Shown here one piece after another: positions 40,714-53,547 of a stretch of 64,000 bases of DNA (within the stretch, counting starts at the first letter, position 1; every line of letters starts with the position of its first letter). The translations under genes and the position numbers were made by a program. A model generated the notes under the pieces. That model was not told where the DNA came from. It saw nothing but the letters and a program-made list of their open reading frames with translations, and did not search any database. The stretch is from Octopus sinensis (taxonomy: Eukaryota): NCBI RefSeq assembly GCF_006345805.1, contig NC_043011.1, positions 40,312,464 through 40,376,463 of the forward strand. Reading direction: 5' to 3'.

Positions 40714-40854
40714 GTAGATGAGTGTTTGTGTTTTAGTTGTCATGTTTGAGAATTTTTGAAAATAAATTAACTTCTTTGTATCAAAAAAATAACGGAAAAA
40801 CTTATTTTTTAATCTTCATTTCTCCTTTCTCTCCTCTTGGCCTCCTCCTGTCAG

Positions 40855-40863
40855 GATAACGTG
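40855..40863 (+). CDS. Candidate 9-nt microexon (DNV in phase 0)
   Basis: A ~45-nt pyrimidine tract ending cctcctcctgtcAG|GATAACGTG|GTatgc. Length is a multiple of 3 with no stop. Confidence 0.3.
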
Positions 40864-41039
40864 GTATGCTTAGATCTTATCTATATTGTTTATTCCCTTC
40901 TTCCTTTCTTTCACTTATTGGCAAAATGCATTGCTTCGTGTTTTTTTTTTTCTCTTTGTCTCTCTCTTTAAACTCTATATAGTTTTCTTCAAAATTTTTT
41001 TTCCAAAACTGCTCTTGCTTTAACATACATATACATTGT

Positions 41040-41051
41040 CATTCACACACC

Positions 41052-41141
<90 letters not shown>

Positions 41142-41378
41142 TGCACCTATATATATACACCATTTGCACACAAATAACAAACACACACACACACACATGT
41201 ATGTATGTATGTACATATATATACATACATGTATGTGGTGTTGTTTTACATCAGCTTTGGATGTTGTAGCAAATTTTATGCATGTGTGTTATATAACACT
41301 GCTTATTGATCAAGAGTTTGCATGCTTCTTGATGTACATATGCCTGCTATTTCTTGATTTGTGTGCGTGCGTGCGTGC

Positions 41379-41428
<50 letters not shown>

Positions 41429-41430
41429 AT
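41040..41430. repeat. (TA)n, (CA)n and (GT)n microsatellite block
   Basis: Directly visible. Similar arrays at 12959, 36570, 36833, 42655, 47437 (ATT)n, 56455 (AAT/GAT)n, 56885 and 57055 (ACCT/ATCT)n. Confidence 0.95.
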
Positions 41431-42649
41431 TTGTTTGTGCAGCTGCGTGTTTGTTTGTGTGCACGCATTCTTCATTGTAATCAGTTTAGTCTATAACTAG
41501 CAACCATGTGGGTTTTTTTTTTGTGTGTGTGTTTGTGTTTTTCTTGCTACCAAAGTCATCTATGGACTTTGTAAATGTGTTATAAAAAGAAGAGAAAGAA
41601 AAACATACAGAAGCACTCTCAGTGTCAATATTTTATGTCTATATTTATTATTATTATTATTATCATCATTATTAATATGCTTCTTGTATGTTGTGGTGAA
41701 GTCTCTGGATTCATTGTATATTGTTTTGATGCAGAAAGCTTTTCCAGGAAACCGTTACTTTATGAAATGGAGAAAAAAAAATGTCTCCGTTATGTTTTTC
41801 GTAACATCTGTATTTCTAAGACATTGCTGTTTTTTATTATTTAACTGTTCTATTTATTCTGTCTTATTCTTGTATCTTTCATCTGTGATTACATATTCTG
41901 GTAGTTTTACTTCTTTTGTGTTTATGTCTGTGTATATGTGCATTTAGAGTCGATTTAGAAAGATGGAGAATAATAATGATAATAATAATAATAATGATAA
42001 TAAAAAAAAAATTTACTGTGTAGTCTCTTGTAATACAAAATTATTTTATTTCAACTATAGTTGCTGTGACCATTTTCATCATTGTAGTCAAATTTGCTTT
42101 CATGAGTAATCCACCTGTCAGCAGCCCTTCTTCACTAAATTTTCTTCTGATATAGCCAAACCTACACACATGTGGTTAATCAGTAAAAGTTGGTCACCAA
42201 TATGTCAGAGTTATTAGAACTTTGTAGCTATGAAAAGAGAAAAAAAGAAAAAAACAAGAACACTCAACACACACTTGGGTGGTATTGGGAAGAGCATCCA
42301 GCTTTAGAAACCATGATGAACCATGCCAGAGCATACACTGGAGTTCGCTGCAGCCCTGTAACTCACCAGACCCTGTCAAACTAGTCAATCCATGCCAGTA
42401 CGGAAAACGAATATTAAATGATGATGATGTGTGTGTATTTATCCCTCTCTCTCTTTTGGAGAGGGACTGAGCACCTACACACACACACACACACATATAC
42501 ACACACGGCAGTAACTTCCACCTACTGAATTCAATCACAAAGCTTCAGTTGACTCGGGGCTATAGAGGAAGACACCTGCCCAAAGTGCCACGCAGTGGGA
42601 CTGAACCCAAAACCATGTAGCTAGGAAGCAAGCTCCCTAACCACACAGC

Positions 42650-42692
<43 letters not shown>

Positions 42693-42929
42693 ATCATCCT
42701 TCTTTTGCTCATTTTCCATGCTGGCATGGGTTTTGAAGATGTACATATGTGTGAGTATATATATATATATATATACAAAATGAGAAAATGGAGAAACATG
42801 CCTAAATCAATCATCAACCATCAGATAATACCAAATCAATACTTTATTAAACCATTACATTATGACATTATACATATATATTGCAAATATAACTAGACAT
42901 GGAAATAGAAATAGAAAATACAATTACAT

Positions 42930-43052
42930 CATATCTGACAGCTGTTTCGGCCGTGAAGACAGGTATGTCTCATTTAACCTATTAGCCATATAAAGCAGGT
43001 ATAAATGAGACATTAACAAGAATGTTTCATGGCCTCTTCAGAGAATTTTATG
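42930..43052 (-). ncRNA. Type I hammerhead ribozyme motif with extended stem II (HH2) in a solo Penelope-like pLTR
   Basis: Minus strand: cata-aaat-tct-CTGAAGA-ggcc...ggcc-GAAA-cagctg-TC-aga-tatg. The core is fully canonical and stem III is the palindrome CAGCTG. Stem II contains a perfect 12-bp helix (42965-76/43002-13). A minus-strand AATAAA (42843-48) and then (TA)n at ~42755-75 follow. Confidence 0.8.
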
Positions 43053-44159
43053 TAAGTATGAAGAAAATTTACATATAAATATAAAAATAAAAAATATAAA
43101 AATGTGTGCATAGACACTCATAATTCTACACATATATAAATACACATTAATACAATATAAACAAAATATATCAGTATACATTAACAAACACAATTATTTT
43201 CCATATTGGACTCATAGTTCTATAATCCATGGAGGGTTGAATTTACAACCCCTATCTCATTTTATATATATATATATATATATAGTCTTCTGTTTAGAGC
43301 TAGTAGCTTGGAAAATATCTTCTTTCCATTTTCAAAATAGTTGCTGTATTTGCTAGTACATGAAGTTAGACATATATTTTTTTCTTTAGTGTCTTCGACA
43401 CAGTGATGATAGATCTTATGTTGGTTTCCAAGTGTTCCACTTGTTACCTTAAAGGAACTGCTATCTTCTCATTGTACTATAGTGTAAGGGACTGATTATT
43501 TCACATATGCATTGTACCCTCAACGTATCCCCCAGCAGAATCAGTGTGACATTGTAATTAACAAGGTTGGTACTTTGAATCACATGTACCGTCCAATGAA
43601 AGAGCAACCATGCAATTGCTGTCTGCTGCCTTTCACTCTCTTGGTTTCAATCAAACCAAAGTCTATGGTAGAAATACCTGCTCATGGTGATATAAAGTGG
43701 GATCGAACTTGCAATATCATGATTACAAAGCAAACTTTTTAACCATCAAGCCGCATTTCTGTCTCTAGCACAAGACAAATAAATGAATAAATACACACAC
43801 ACACTATTAGCAGAGCTGTCTGCTATTCTTGCATATGTTTTTATGTCAGTGCATGTGTGCCTAAATCTGTATGATGACAGACAGCTGGGATCATCTTTAT
43901 TAACGTTCACTTTCCCATGCTTGCATGGGTCAGACAGAATTTGGTAGGAGTGTGTAATTTTCTATAGCTGGATGCCCTTCCTACTCCCAACCCTCACCTG
44001 TTTTCAAGTAAGGTAATATTTCCCCATGACCTGACACGTTCTCATAGAAGATTGGAAACAGACTCTTCTTGCATGCCAGTGACCGGACACACACATTATA
44101 CAAGCTGGATTGTTTCAGTCCCCCTCTCCTAAATCCACTCAAGGCTTTGGTCAGTTTCT

Positions 44160-44381
44160 TATTTCTTTATTGCCCACAAGGCCTAAACATAGAGGGGACA
44201 GACAAAGGGATTAAGTCGATTACATCAATCCCAGTGCATAACTGGTACTTTATTTATTGATCCCAAAAGGATGAAAAGCAAAGTCAATCTCGGTGGAATT
44301 TGAACTCAGAACGTAATGGCAGACAAAATACCGATAAGCATTTCGCCTGGCATGCTAACGTTTCTGCCAACTTGCCACCTC
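44160..44381 (-). mobile_element. SINE family A (variant 3' tail), antisense copy with perfect 12-bp TSD
   Basis: Reverse complement of the family A head and core. TGGTCAGTTTCT at 44148-59 and 44382-93. Confidence 0.88.
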
Positions 44382-45824
44382 TGGTCAGTTTCTACTCCAC
44401 ACATTTTGGAGTGAGTCTTGGTATATTTGCTGATCCCACTACAGGTTCTCTATTTCCAAAGCTCAGTGTCCTTTGTTTGGACTAATATTTTGATATCTTT
44501 GTGCAATTGTTCCTTTTATTTTAATTCAGTAGAAATTTTAAATGTACAATTGGCTTACAACAAGAGCTGGTCTTAGGAGATATTTTCCTAATTATTTAAT
44601 CTCTGAATGGGGGCAGTCTGCTAACTTGCTTAGGTTCTTACGAAACAAAATATAAAAGAAATTCAAAGTATTTGACAATCTTTACATTAGATATATTATT
44701 TATTAATCTCTAGTAAACAGGAATACTAGTTTAATGACTAAGTTTTAAGAAATGTATCTTGAAGTCTGGTTTCCAGTTTAACACGTACACATCTGTAAAA
44801 GCTATTGGATTTACTTCAAACTTTTTCATAGTGAAGAAGACAGGTCATAGCTTGCAGAAATGGATAATAAAAAGCTAGTAGTTTTTGTCAATAAATAATA
44901 CCTTTAGTTATTAACATCAACTGTGGTTAGGAAATAAATTCTGAGAGCTATAACCATTGGAGTTTTATTCAATGTAAGAAGTACAAAGAGACTCTTAAAG
45001 TTTTAAGGTCTTCTGTAAAGTGTAAGAACCTGTCTTTATCATTGTTTACAGAATAGTTTCTTTGTCGACTAGCTTTTGACCTCTGTTTTAAAGAGGTTTA
45101 AAAAAAAAAAAAAAAAGATATCTAATAAAGTAGCAAAAGGGCAAATGAGTGATAGTATTGCTAATAAAAATAATAAATCTAAGCATTTATATTGAAGAAT
45201 ATTATCATAGGCTGGTCTTAATACCCTATTTAGTTAGTTATGTCTATATATCTTTGTTGAAATTAATTAACGATTAGTAAATACCTTAGAAAGAAATAGT
45301 GCAAAATAGTTTAGGTAAACTATTTTACAACAACACTGATTACTTTAAAAACTGTTTGGATGAGAGATCTTTGTGATATTATGGGTAATTACATTTGACA
45401 GCTGGTTTCATTAATAATCATTTACACCATCAGTGCCTTATTGCTTCAGAAGTAGAGAATAATTATAGTTGATTGCTTAAAAAACTATTAAATCAACTCC
45501 TCTGTTTCAATTTGTCTGGCTGGCTCCAGATGCTGAACTAACAATATTTAAATGTATGAATTTTTGCCAAAATTACCCAACCGTGTTAGCACAAAGAAAT
45601 AGTTGTAAAACAAAAGGAAAATGAGAGTTGGATGAGGAAAAGCAAACAGCCAAATCCTGAGTTAGTTTTGTCTGAGTAAAGCTAATGGCTCCAATATTCT
45701 TATGATTAGCAGAACATCAGTTTAAATATCTGTTGAGAATTGTTTAGTGAATTCTAATTTAAGATAATACACGATCTGTGTTTATGATTTGGTTGCTAAA
45801 AAATCTAGGTTGGAATAATCAGTG

Positions 45825-46030
45825 GCATGTGGCCTAATGGTTAAGCTGTTGCACTCAAGATCACAAAATCAATCTCAGACTGAGATGTGTTGTGTTTTCT
45901 TGATTGAAAACACTTCATTTCATGTTACTCCAGTCCACACTGCTTCCAGTGAGTAACCCTTTGACAGTCTGGCATCCTGTTCATGAGAATGTTGTGATTT
46001 CTGTCACTTATACACATGGAAACTGGGTAA
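45825..46030 (+). mobile_element. Degenerate tRNA-head SINE of a third family
   Basis: gtggcatgtggcctaatggttaag head and cacttcatttca..tt.ctccagtcc.c.c.g core, shared with ~55540-55800 and more weakly ~52200-52420. Confidence 0.5.
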
Positions 46031-47434
46031 CCAGCCCTGTAAATCCTGGAACTTGAGATTGTAATGTCCAAGAGTTTGCTGATGTAATTACTGGGTCATA
46101 GAAATGGTTTTTGCCAATGAGCAAGAGCAACATATCTTTTGGCTGTCTACTAATGCTCCTTTTCACTTGTTAGACCGCTTTCCCTTAGTCTGTCTTATTG
46201 TTTATTCTCTAAGCTTATTTGCCAAGGGCTATTAAAAAAAAATTTTTTTAATTTCTCTCACTGAAGAAGGGCTTTGCTTGAAAAACACACAAGTTATTTA
46301 TTTATATTTGTGAATATATTCAGTGGTTTATGCCAATGTAGGCCAGCACCACTTTCCTTAGACTCTTGTATTTATTTGCTTAAAATTTGTAGTTCTTCAC
46401 TCAGAGCCCTGTTTACAGTCATAGATTTGAACTTTGCTTAAATGTGTTGTCAGTCTCCTTTGGCAGAAGTAGAACTCTGTTGAAGGGAGACAAGCTTTAG
46501 ACATATCTAAAGTTTGTTGAACTTGCTTAAGATATAAATGAAATATGAGATATTGAGAAAAATAACAAAGGAGAAAGGAAGATATGTTCATAGAAAATGA
46601 TGAAGATTTAGACTAAGTAGATAAAAGTGAAATTATAGAATTTAGAACCACTTATCAGAGAAATTTTCTAAATACCCATGTCAAAGAAAGGAAGAAAAAA
46701 AACCTTAAGACCAAAAAATCTGTAATTTAATATTAGTTGTAGACCTCATGAATTTTTTAAAATCCCCCCAAATTTTTTATTGGTCGAATACATTGCCCTC
46801 TCACAAGTGTTTATGCACTTACAATTTGTTCTGTTCTCTGCTCCATGGGATACTGTGGGTTTGGGCCATGCTGTACAGTAGCCTTACTGACCACCTCCTT
46901 TATTACACAAAAATATACACCTTCTACTGTAGCAAACCCACGTATGGAAAGTGTCCACTCCATCCCATGCCAATGTGCTACTTCTGTTTCACATTGTAAT
47001 CAGTGATGTTAGAGGTGGTTGTTGGAGGTATGCTTGTTGGACACAGTTGGTTACACGTGTTCATAGTAACTATTTACAACTAGATAAACATGATCTATGC
47101 ATGTTTTTAGTCCCCACCACCACCACCACCATAATCATTGCCCCTGTGGTCACAGCTCAGTTACAATAAGAATATACAAACTGTTACTGCTTTGCCTAGA
47201 AGTCTGACCCCACTAATGACACATACAATAAATTTCTGAAGCCTGGACATGGTTGTAGTATTTACCAGGTTATCTCTCTTCATATCCAAGCCATTGGCTA
47301 TTCAACGCTCACATATCATAACTGCCAACATTTCTACCTCAAAAAGACATTTATAAAACTTCACGATAACTTTTTGATACAGAGTTTTCAATAGAAAATA
47401 AAACTTGTGTGGGTGTGTGCAGCTGTGTATATCT

Positions 47435-47480
<46 letters not shown>

Positions 47481-50400
47481 CATCATTATTATTATTATTA
47501 TTTCAGCAGTAGGTCAAAGTTTATGGATATATTTGTTGGGTTCTATTTTATGGAAATACAGCTAGATAACTTTTGAATATATTTAGAGCTATTGTATTAT
47601 ATCTCACTTTATGGCTATATCTTTAGATATCGTCTGAGCTGTTGTGGGTCATATTTTCTTTTTATGGTGTTGTCTGTGAATATCTTTTATTTCTAGTGTC
47701 TGTAGATTATATTCTATTGAGATATGTTTGTGTAGCGTCATAATTATTGTCGAAGATATTTTACCATTATGTATTGACATGATAGCTTTAAAAAGTTTGC
47801 AGTTGCTACAGTATGCTTAGGGGTGTGTGTTTATTGCTTAGTGAAGGTGGGAAGGCCAATGACCGAGGTGGGTGATGAGGAGGAAATTGTGTAGTTATCT
47901 TCAGGTTAAAGCACTGCTCTGAATGCTTTCAACAGAGTGGACTGAGCTAAAGGGGCTGTGTGTCCACTTCACAATCAAATGGCTGATAACATCTTGTGAG
48001 TGATGTATGTTAGATGGACACTGTGTGGAAGATTGTCGTGTGTGTGTGTGTGTGTGTGTGAACAAATTACTGGCAAACCTGTCTGGTAAAGAAAAAGTAC
48101 CTCTAGTATTTTTGTTCTGCCCAAGTTGCTCAGACACTTCCTTGTCATTCTCGCCATCCTAAATGCAATGAACCAGTGATTGATGGGTTTGAAATCTATA
48201 ACCAATAACCTTATTCACAAAAAGCAAGATATTAAGATATATATATTTATGTATGTGTAGTATACATGACTAAGATAATTGAAGTATTTTTAAGGTTCTT
48301 TTATTTTTATATATATTTTTTTATCAAATATGTGATCTTGTTATATTTAGTTGATATGGCTTATATAGTGTCTGAAATTGGCTATTCTTGTCTTTAAATA
48401 ATCTAAAATTCATAAACATCAGTTTTCAAGCTACAGTTGTTGTTTTCGTTGTTGTTGTTGTTGCTGTTGCTGCTACTGCTTGTTTGTATTATATTTTCTT
48501 CAGAGTGTTTTTATTTATTTAATTTTTTTTGTTTTTTTTTTCTGTTGATGTCTTCAGTTTTTGTCTTCAATTCAGATCTCTGCTAATATTTATTGATTGC
48601 CATTGTCTTGATTGCATGATTCTTTTTAAAATACAGCCAAGAGTGCCTTTTATTTTATTTTAATTTTGTGTCCACTAACAGCCGCCATTATTATCATCAT
48701 TTAGTTTTTTAGTTTGTTTGTTTTTTTTTATTTTGCTGTGTAGTTTTCTAGTTTTGATGTTGGTTTTTTGATATTGAAAAAAACAAACATTATCTCCCCT
48801 TTTATCATGAATTCTCACCTTGTTCCCCCTCCCCCTCTTATTTATTTGGATGTGCTAATTTGTGTGTTTACTTAGAATGATTCGTTTTTGTGTGACTTAA
48901 ACTTCATTAAAGGAAATAACTAATCGATTAGATTCAACACAAACACACATGCACACATTTGCGCGCACTCACACACACGTGCACACAATCTTATTTATGG
49001 GTAAGTATAAACTTGTCTCTTATTTATCTTTGTAATCTGGCTGTGGTGTTGGTTAGATAATGTCTAGTCTGTTTGAGTATGTCTTAGTTTCTAGACCAGC
49101 AATAGTTAGTCGTAGGCATTGTTCATAAGCAAAAATAAATCCAAGTGTAAACCTTGTACTGCTTCAGCATGGCCACAGCTCACAGGCTGTGAAAGAATCA
49201 AGAGTATATAATGGCAATGTCAGCCGTTTGTTGCATGGATTTTTCTTGAAAGCTGATATATTTCCTCAACTGTGTTTTAGTTATTGTTTTTTGTTCTCAC
49301 ATCACCACCTCCACCCCCACGCCCCACACTTGTAAGAATCTCTCAAATTTTAAATAGAGAACTGAGAATATTTTTTGAGTACTACTTTTGTTTGTTTTAT
49401 ATAAAATTTTAGCGAAATATTATATTAATTCCTCACTTCTTTTTTTGAAGCTTGAGCGATTATCAAAATTACACAAGTATCAGTATAATGTAAAGCTATT
49501 CTTTCAAATTAATGTTGACTAATTACTGTTAAGGGGGGCAAGCTGGAAGACAGGGTTGGCATATGGGAAACAATGCTCAGTTGCATTTCTTGCCATGCTT
49601 TACATTCTGAATTCAAATCCTGTCCAGGTCAACACTGCCTTTCATCGTTTTAGGTTCATGAACTAAAGTGAAAGTGAAGTACCTCGGTTGCTGTAATCAA
49701 TTTGCCCCTCCTCTCAAAATTTCTGGCTTTGTGCCAAAATTAGAATTTTATTATTTAATGAAAGAGGGCTTCATTCAAATAGGTTCACATAGAACTGGCT
49801 CCAGGCTTCTTGGTGGCTGTTAGTGTCAGTTTCTTAGAGTTTGTCTTGTCTTTATTCTGCCTAAAATTTATAGGTGATATATCAAGGATGTTGTGGTGTA
49901 AATGTTTTCCAACAGGTGCTGGTTATAAAAGCTGTTTCAGCTAGAGAACCTGCAGTTAGAATTTGTTGCAGTCTTAATGCTTAACTACTGCATTGGATCA
50001 TATCTCTTCACACAATGAGAACTTCCACACTTCCTATAAATGTTAGGCTTTGCAATCTGTAATAATTGGTCTTGGTGACTTGCAGTCATCACATCATCAA
50101 AACATTATGACCGATGCTTTTATTTGTTTTCTGAACCAGAAAGACACTCCTGCACTAAATAGTTACCTGATTTCATACCAAGCACAAATATATTGTGTTG
50201 TCTCAGTTCTCTTTCAAGTAAGTTAGGGCACCTACCTATATGTTAATTTTGTCATACTTACAGGTAAGACTTATAATGTCCTGATTCATTTTCAACTACT
50301 TTCTCCAACAAATTAGATGGTATTAAGTTGATCTGCTGAATTTTAAGACTATAAGAAGTAATCTTTACAGAAGAGGAACAAATTAATATTTGAAGAAAAA

Positions 50401-50579
50401 GAATTTAAATTATGCATAAATTGAATTAAGTGGAATTCTTATTAATTATAAAATTGACTGAAACTAATGTCTTGACGAATGTGTCTCTTTTTCAGTATTG
50501 CACTCTGTGTGTATGTGTGTGTCTGTGTGTTGCATGTCATGCTATAAATGAAGCTTTATATGTCCTGTCAGCCTACATA

Positions 50580-51504
50580 TTGGGTTGAGGAATAATTCAT
50601 GAGCGTTCACCCCCCCCCCCCCCAATTTAAAACTGCATGCAGAAATAAAATGCATTGGCAAAATGTTTTATGTTATTTGAAAGAGAATTTTTTTGCCCTA
50701 CAAGATAGTGTGTTTTGATTTTTTAATTTTATTGATTTTTGTGTATTTTCAGATGATTAAAATGGAATGTCAAATGGGACAAAACTGAGCATTTTCGACA
50801 CCATTTGCTTTTTGCATTTAATCGAGGTGTTAACCCCCACCAAGCTACTTGTGAGATTTGGGCTGTGTATGGAGAAAGAGCAATGCCTCAAAGTACCACC
50901 CGCCGTTGGTTTTCACACTACAATAATGGGAATTTTGATCTCAAGGACAGATCACACACTGGTCGACCAATTGAGTTTGATGAAGAGTGATTGAATTAAC
51001 TTCTTCACAAAAATCCTCGTCAAATGACCAGAGAAGTGGCAGAGCAGATGGATTATGATAATAGAAAATTAAAAAATTGGTGAATGACCTTTGCTCAATG
51101 AGCAAGGTTCATGTTCATCAAACTTAATTGGTCAAACAGTGTGTGATCCATCCTTGAGGTCAGAATACCCATTTTTGAAGCGTGGAAACCAACGTCAGGT
51201 GGTACTTTGAGGCATTGCTCCTTCTCTGTACACAGCACAAATCTCACGAGCAGCTCGGTGGGGTTAACACCTCGATTAAATGCAAAAAGTAAATGGTGTC
51301 AAAAATGCTCAGTTTTGTCCACTTGACATTCCATTTTAATCATCTGAAAATACATAAAAATCAATAAAATTTAAAAAATCAAAGCACTCTCTTTTAGGGC
51401 AAAAAATTCTCTTTCGAATAACATAAGACATTTTGCTGATACATTTTAATTCTGCATGCATTTTTAAACTTGAAAAAATACTCATGGATTATTCCTCAAT
51501 GCAG
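50580..51504. mobile_element. Non-autonomous fold-back mariner derivative with ~400-bp inverted arms, each carrying a broken transposase N-terminus; TA flanks
   Basis: TA at 50578-79 and 51505-06. Termini ttgggttgaggaataattcatgag and ctcatggattattcctcaatgcag. The left arm encodes ME.Q.(fs)DKTEHFRHHLLFAFNRG...WFS...NGNFDLKD..HTGRP.EFDE (mariner HTH N-terminus, ORF 50805-50990). 51114-51504 is the reverse complement of ~50580-50986. Confidence 0.9.
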
Positions 51505-52943
51505 TATATTATTTTGTCTTGTGTTAGATTCTGGTTAATTTCCTAAACTATGTTATATTAAGCAAAGATCTCTTCCCTGCTACATTTAAGTGAGTGATAG
51601 ACTCAATTACTACATTACTATTGAGTAGTTATAGTCTTGTTTGGGTTGACTCAGATTTCAGAGAAAGCTGTACACAGATGAACAGGTAGATATAAGGTGT
51701 TTGACATATAATTTGATCACCATTCAAATCGGGCATTTTAATACTCTTGGTTATTTTTAATACAAACCTGCACAAGGTCACCATTAGTCTTTTATTAACC
51801 GGCCCCCAAAACCACTTGTATTAAACAGTTTTAAATTTAAATATCAACTCAACATTTTGATGTTATATGAATGAACACAATATTTAGCAGGTTGTCAGTT
51901 TGTTAGATTATATTCCAAATACCAGATTCATGTACCAATGCAATATACCAGCCCTTAACGAACATCAGAAATGACCAGCCGTAACACTTATCAACATAAA
52001 AATACTGCACTGACAAAATAACAGGAATTACAGGACATCACACACACAGAAGAAATAGTCAAGAAAGCAAAAATGATGCCGAAGCATCTGTTAATAAACC
52101 TTTTATCAGCAGGAAAGAAAGAAATTGATATGTATTATGCCAGTGCTGCCTAGGCCACATCAAACCACATACATGTGCAAGCTTTCTCTGTGTATACCTG
52201 TGAAAGCTTAATGTGTTTAATTTCACATCCATAAGGTTGGGTGTTCAATTCTTGGACTGGACTTCACTTTGTGTGTATCCTTCAAACAAGAGCTTCCTTT
52301 CACATTACTCTAGGCTACTCAATTGTAAATGAGAATTGGCTGGGTGCAGGTTCAGTGCTGCAGGGCTCAAGAGGGTGCCTGTCTGCTTCTGATTACACAG
52401 GTGCCTTAAACAATTAGTGAAAGCAAGGTACATGTTATTGAGTGATATTTACATGCAAGTGACAGCTGGGGTATGCCTTCAGTTTATCTTTAAAGTTTTA
52501 TGATAAATACAAGACGAAAGATTGTGTGTGAAAATGGATGCTAAGAAATTGGTAAGCAATGCAAAAAAAAAATTAGCTGCAAACATAAATGCCTTGCCTT
52601 GAATGGTAGGAAAGCAAGATAAGGTTAGATAATGTAACGAAATAACTTGTCACACTAGTAAATGTTAATGTACACACACACACACACACACACAACACAC
52701 ATTATTAAAGTTAAGAACATAATGTTGTCATCGACTTGTTATTGAGTATCGGTTGCTATGTTTGTTAATTCATGACCATATACGAATTCAGTGTTTCAAT
52801 TTGGTGAATACATGTTGGAAGAAGCAGTTTTATTGTTTTATATCTGTCCTGTTCTTTTAAAGCCATTAGAACACAAAATATCTTAACCGAGTACAAAAAT
52901 AAGACCAATTTTGTTTGTTTTTACAAATTTTCCTGTTATAAAT

Positions 52944-52975
<32 letters not shown>

Positions 52976-53547
52976 TGTTTTCCATATCCTTAAGTCATTA
53001 TATTACTAGTTAAACCCACAACTACCATGGCCAGTTCTTTTTATTATCTTCTTTTTCTTCAGTTGATTTCATCTATGTTTTTGCTGCTGCTATATTTATT
53101 ATAACTGTTAGAATCCACAGTAAATCCATTCCTTTCAAATACCTGAACCATTTTAAAGGAAGAAAAAGAAAAAGCTATGTCCAGTTTTTAAATTCCATTC
53201 ACTTCTATGAAATAAACTTACAATTACAAATCAAATAATGTAACAGTAGAAAGTTTTGTTTCAAAGTTTAAGTACAAATCTTAATGCTAATTCTTCTTTT
53301 TGAATTATTATTATGACTATTAAAGAGAAAGAAGAGTGGAAAAGAAAATCTATCATTGTTTTCTTTCAGCTGTTACTAAACATTTGAAAAAGCTGGTTCA
53401 AGGTCGATCTTGTTTTATATATTCTATGTGAATGAATACTTACGATTTTCAATTTTTACTTTTGTATGCTATTGTTGTTTAAATTGTTAATTTCCCAATT
53501 TGATATATGAAGGAACTTATTCTTATGTTTTTTGAATTTATTTTCAG

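Larger units (their letters stand above)
15445..53547 (+). other. 38.1-kb phase-0 intron of the WAVE gene
   Basis: GT..AG boundaries. The protein reads continuously across it (ARKKR|RPKIQEAR...EYQKMA, cf. WAVE basic region followed by EW..MA). It contains most of the repeats and the candidate alternative exons. Confidence 0.85.

Noticed and set aside
41738-41810. Possible extra cassette exon after gttttgatgcAG (KAFPGNRYFMKWRKKNVS)
   Set aside because: Poor pyrimidine tract and no convincing donor in phase.
46255-46300. Fourth hammerhead-like locus (CTGAAGA-agggctttgctt-GAAAaacacacaagtta)
   Set aside because: Stem II is marginal, no stem I pairing was found and stem III is out of register. 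At best it is a decayed pLTR.
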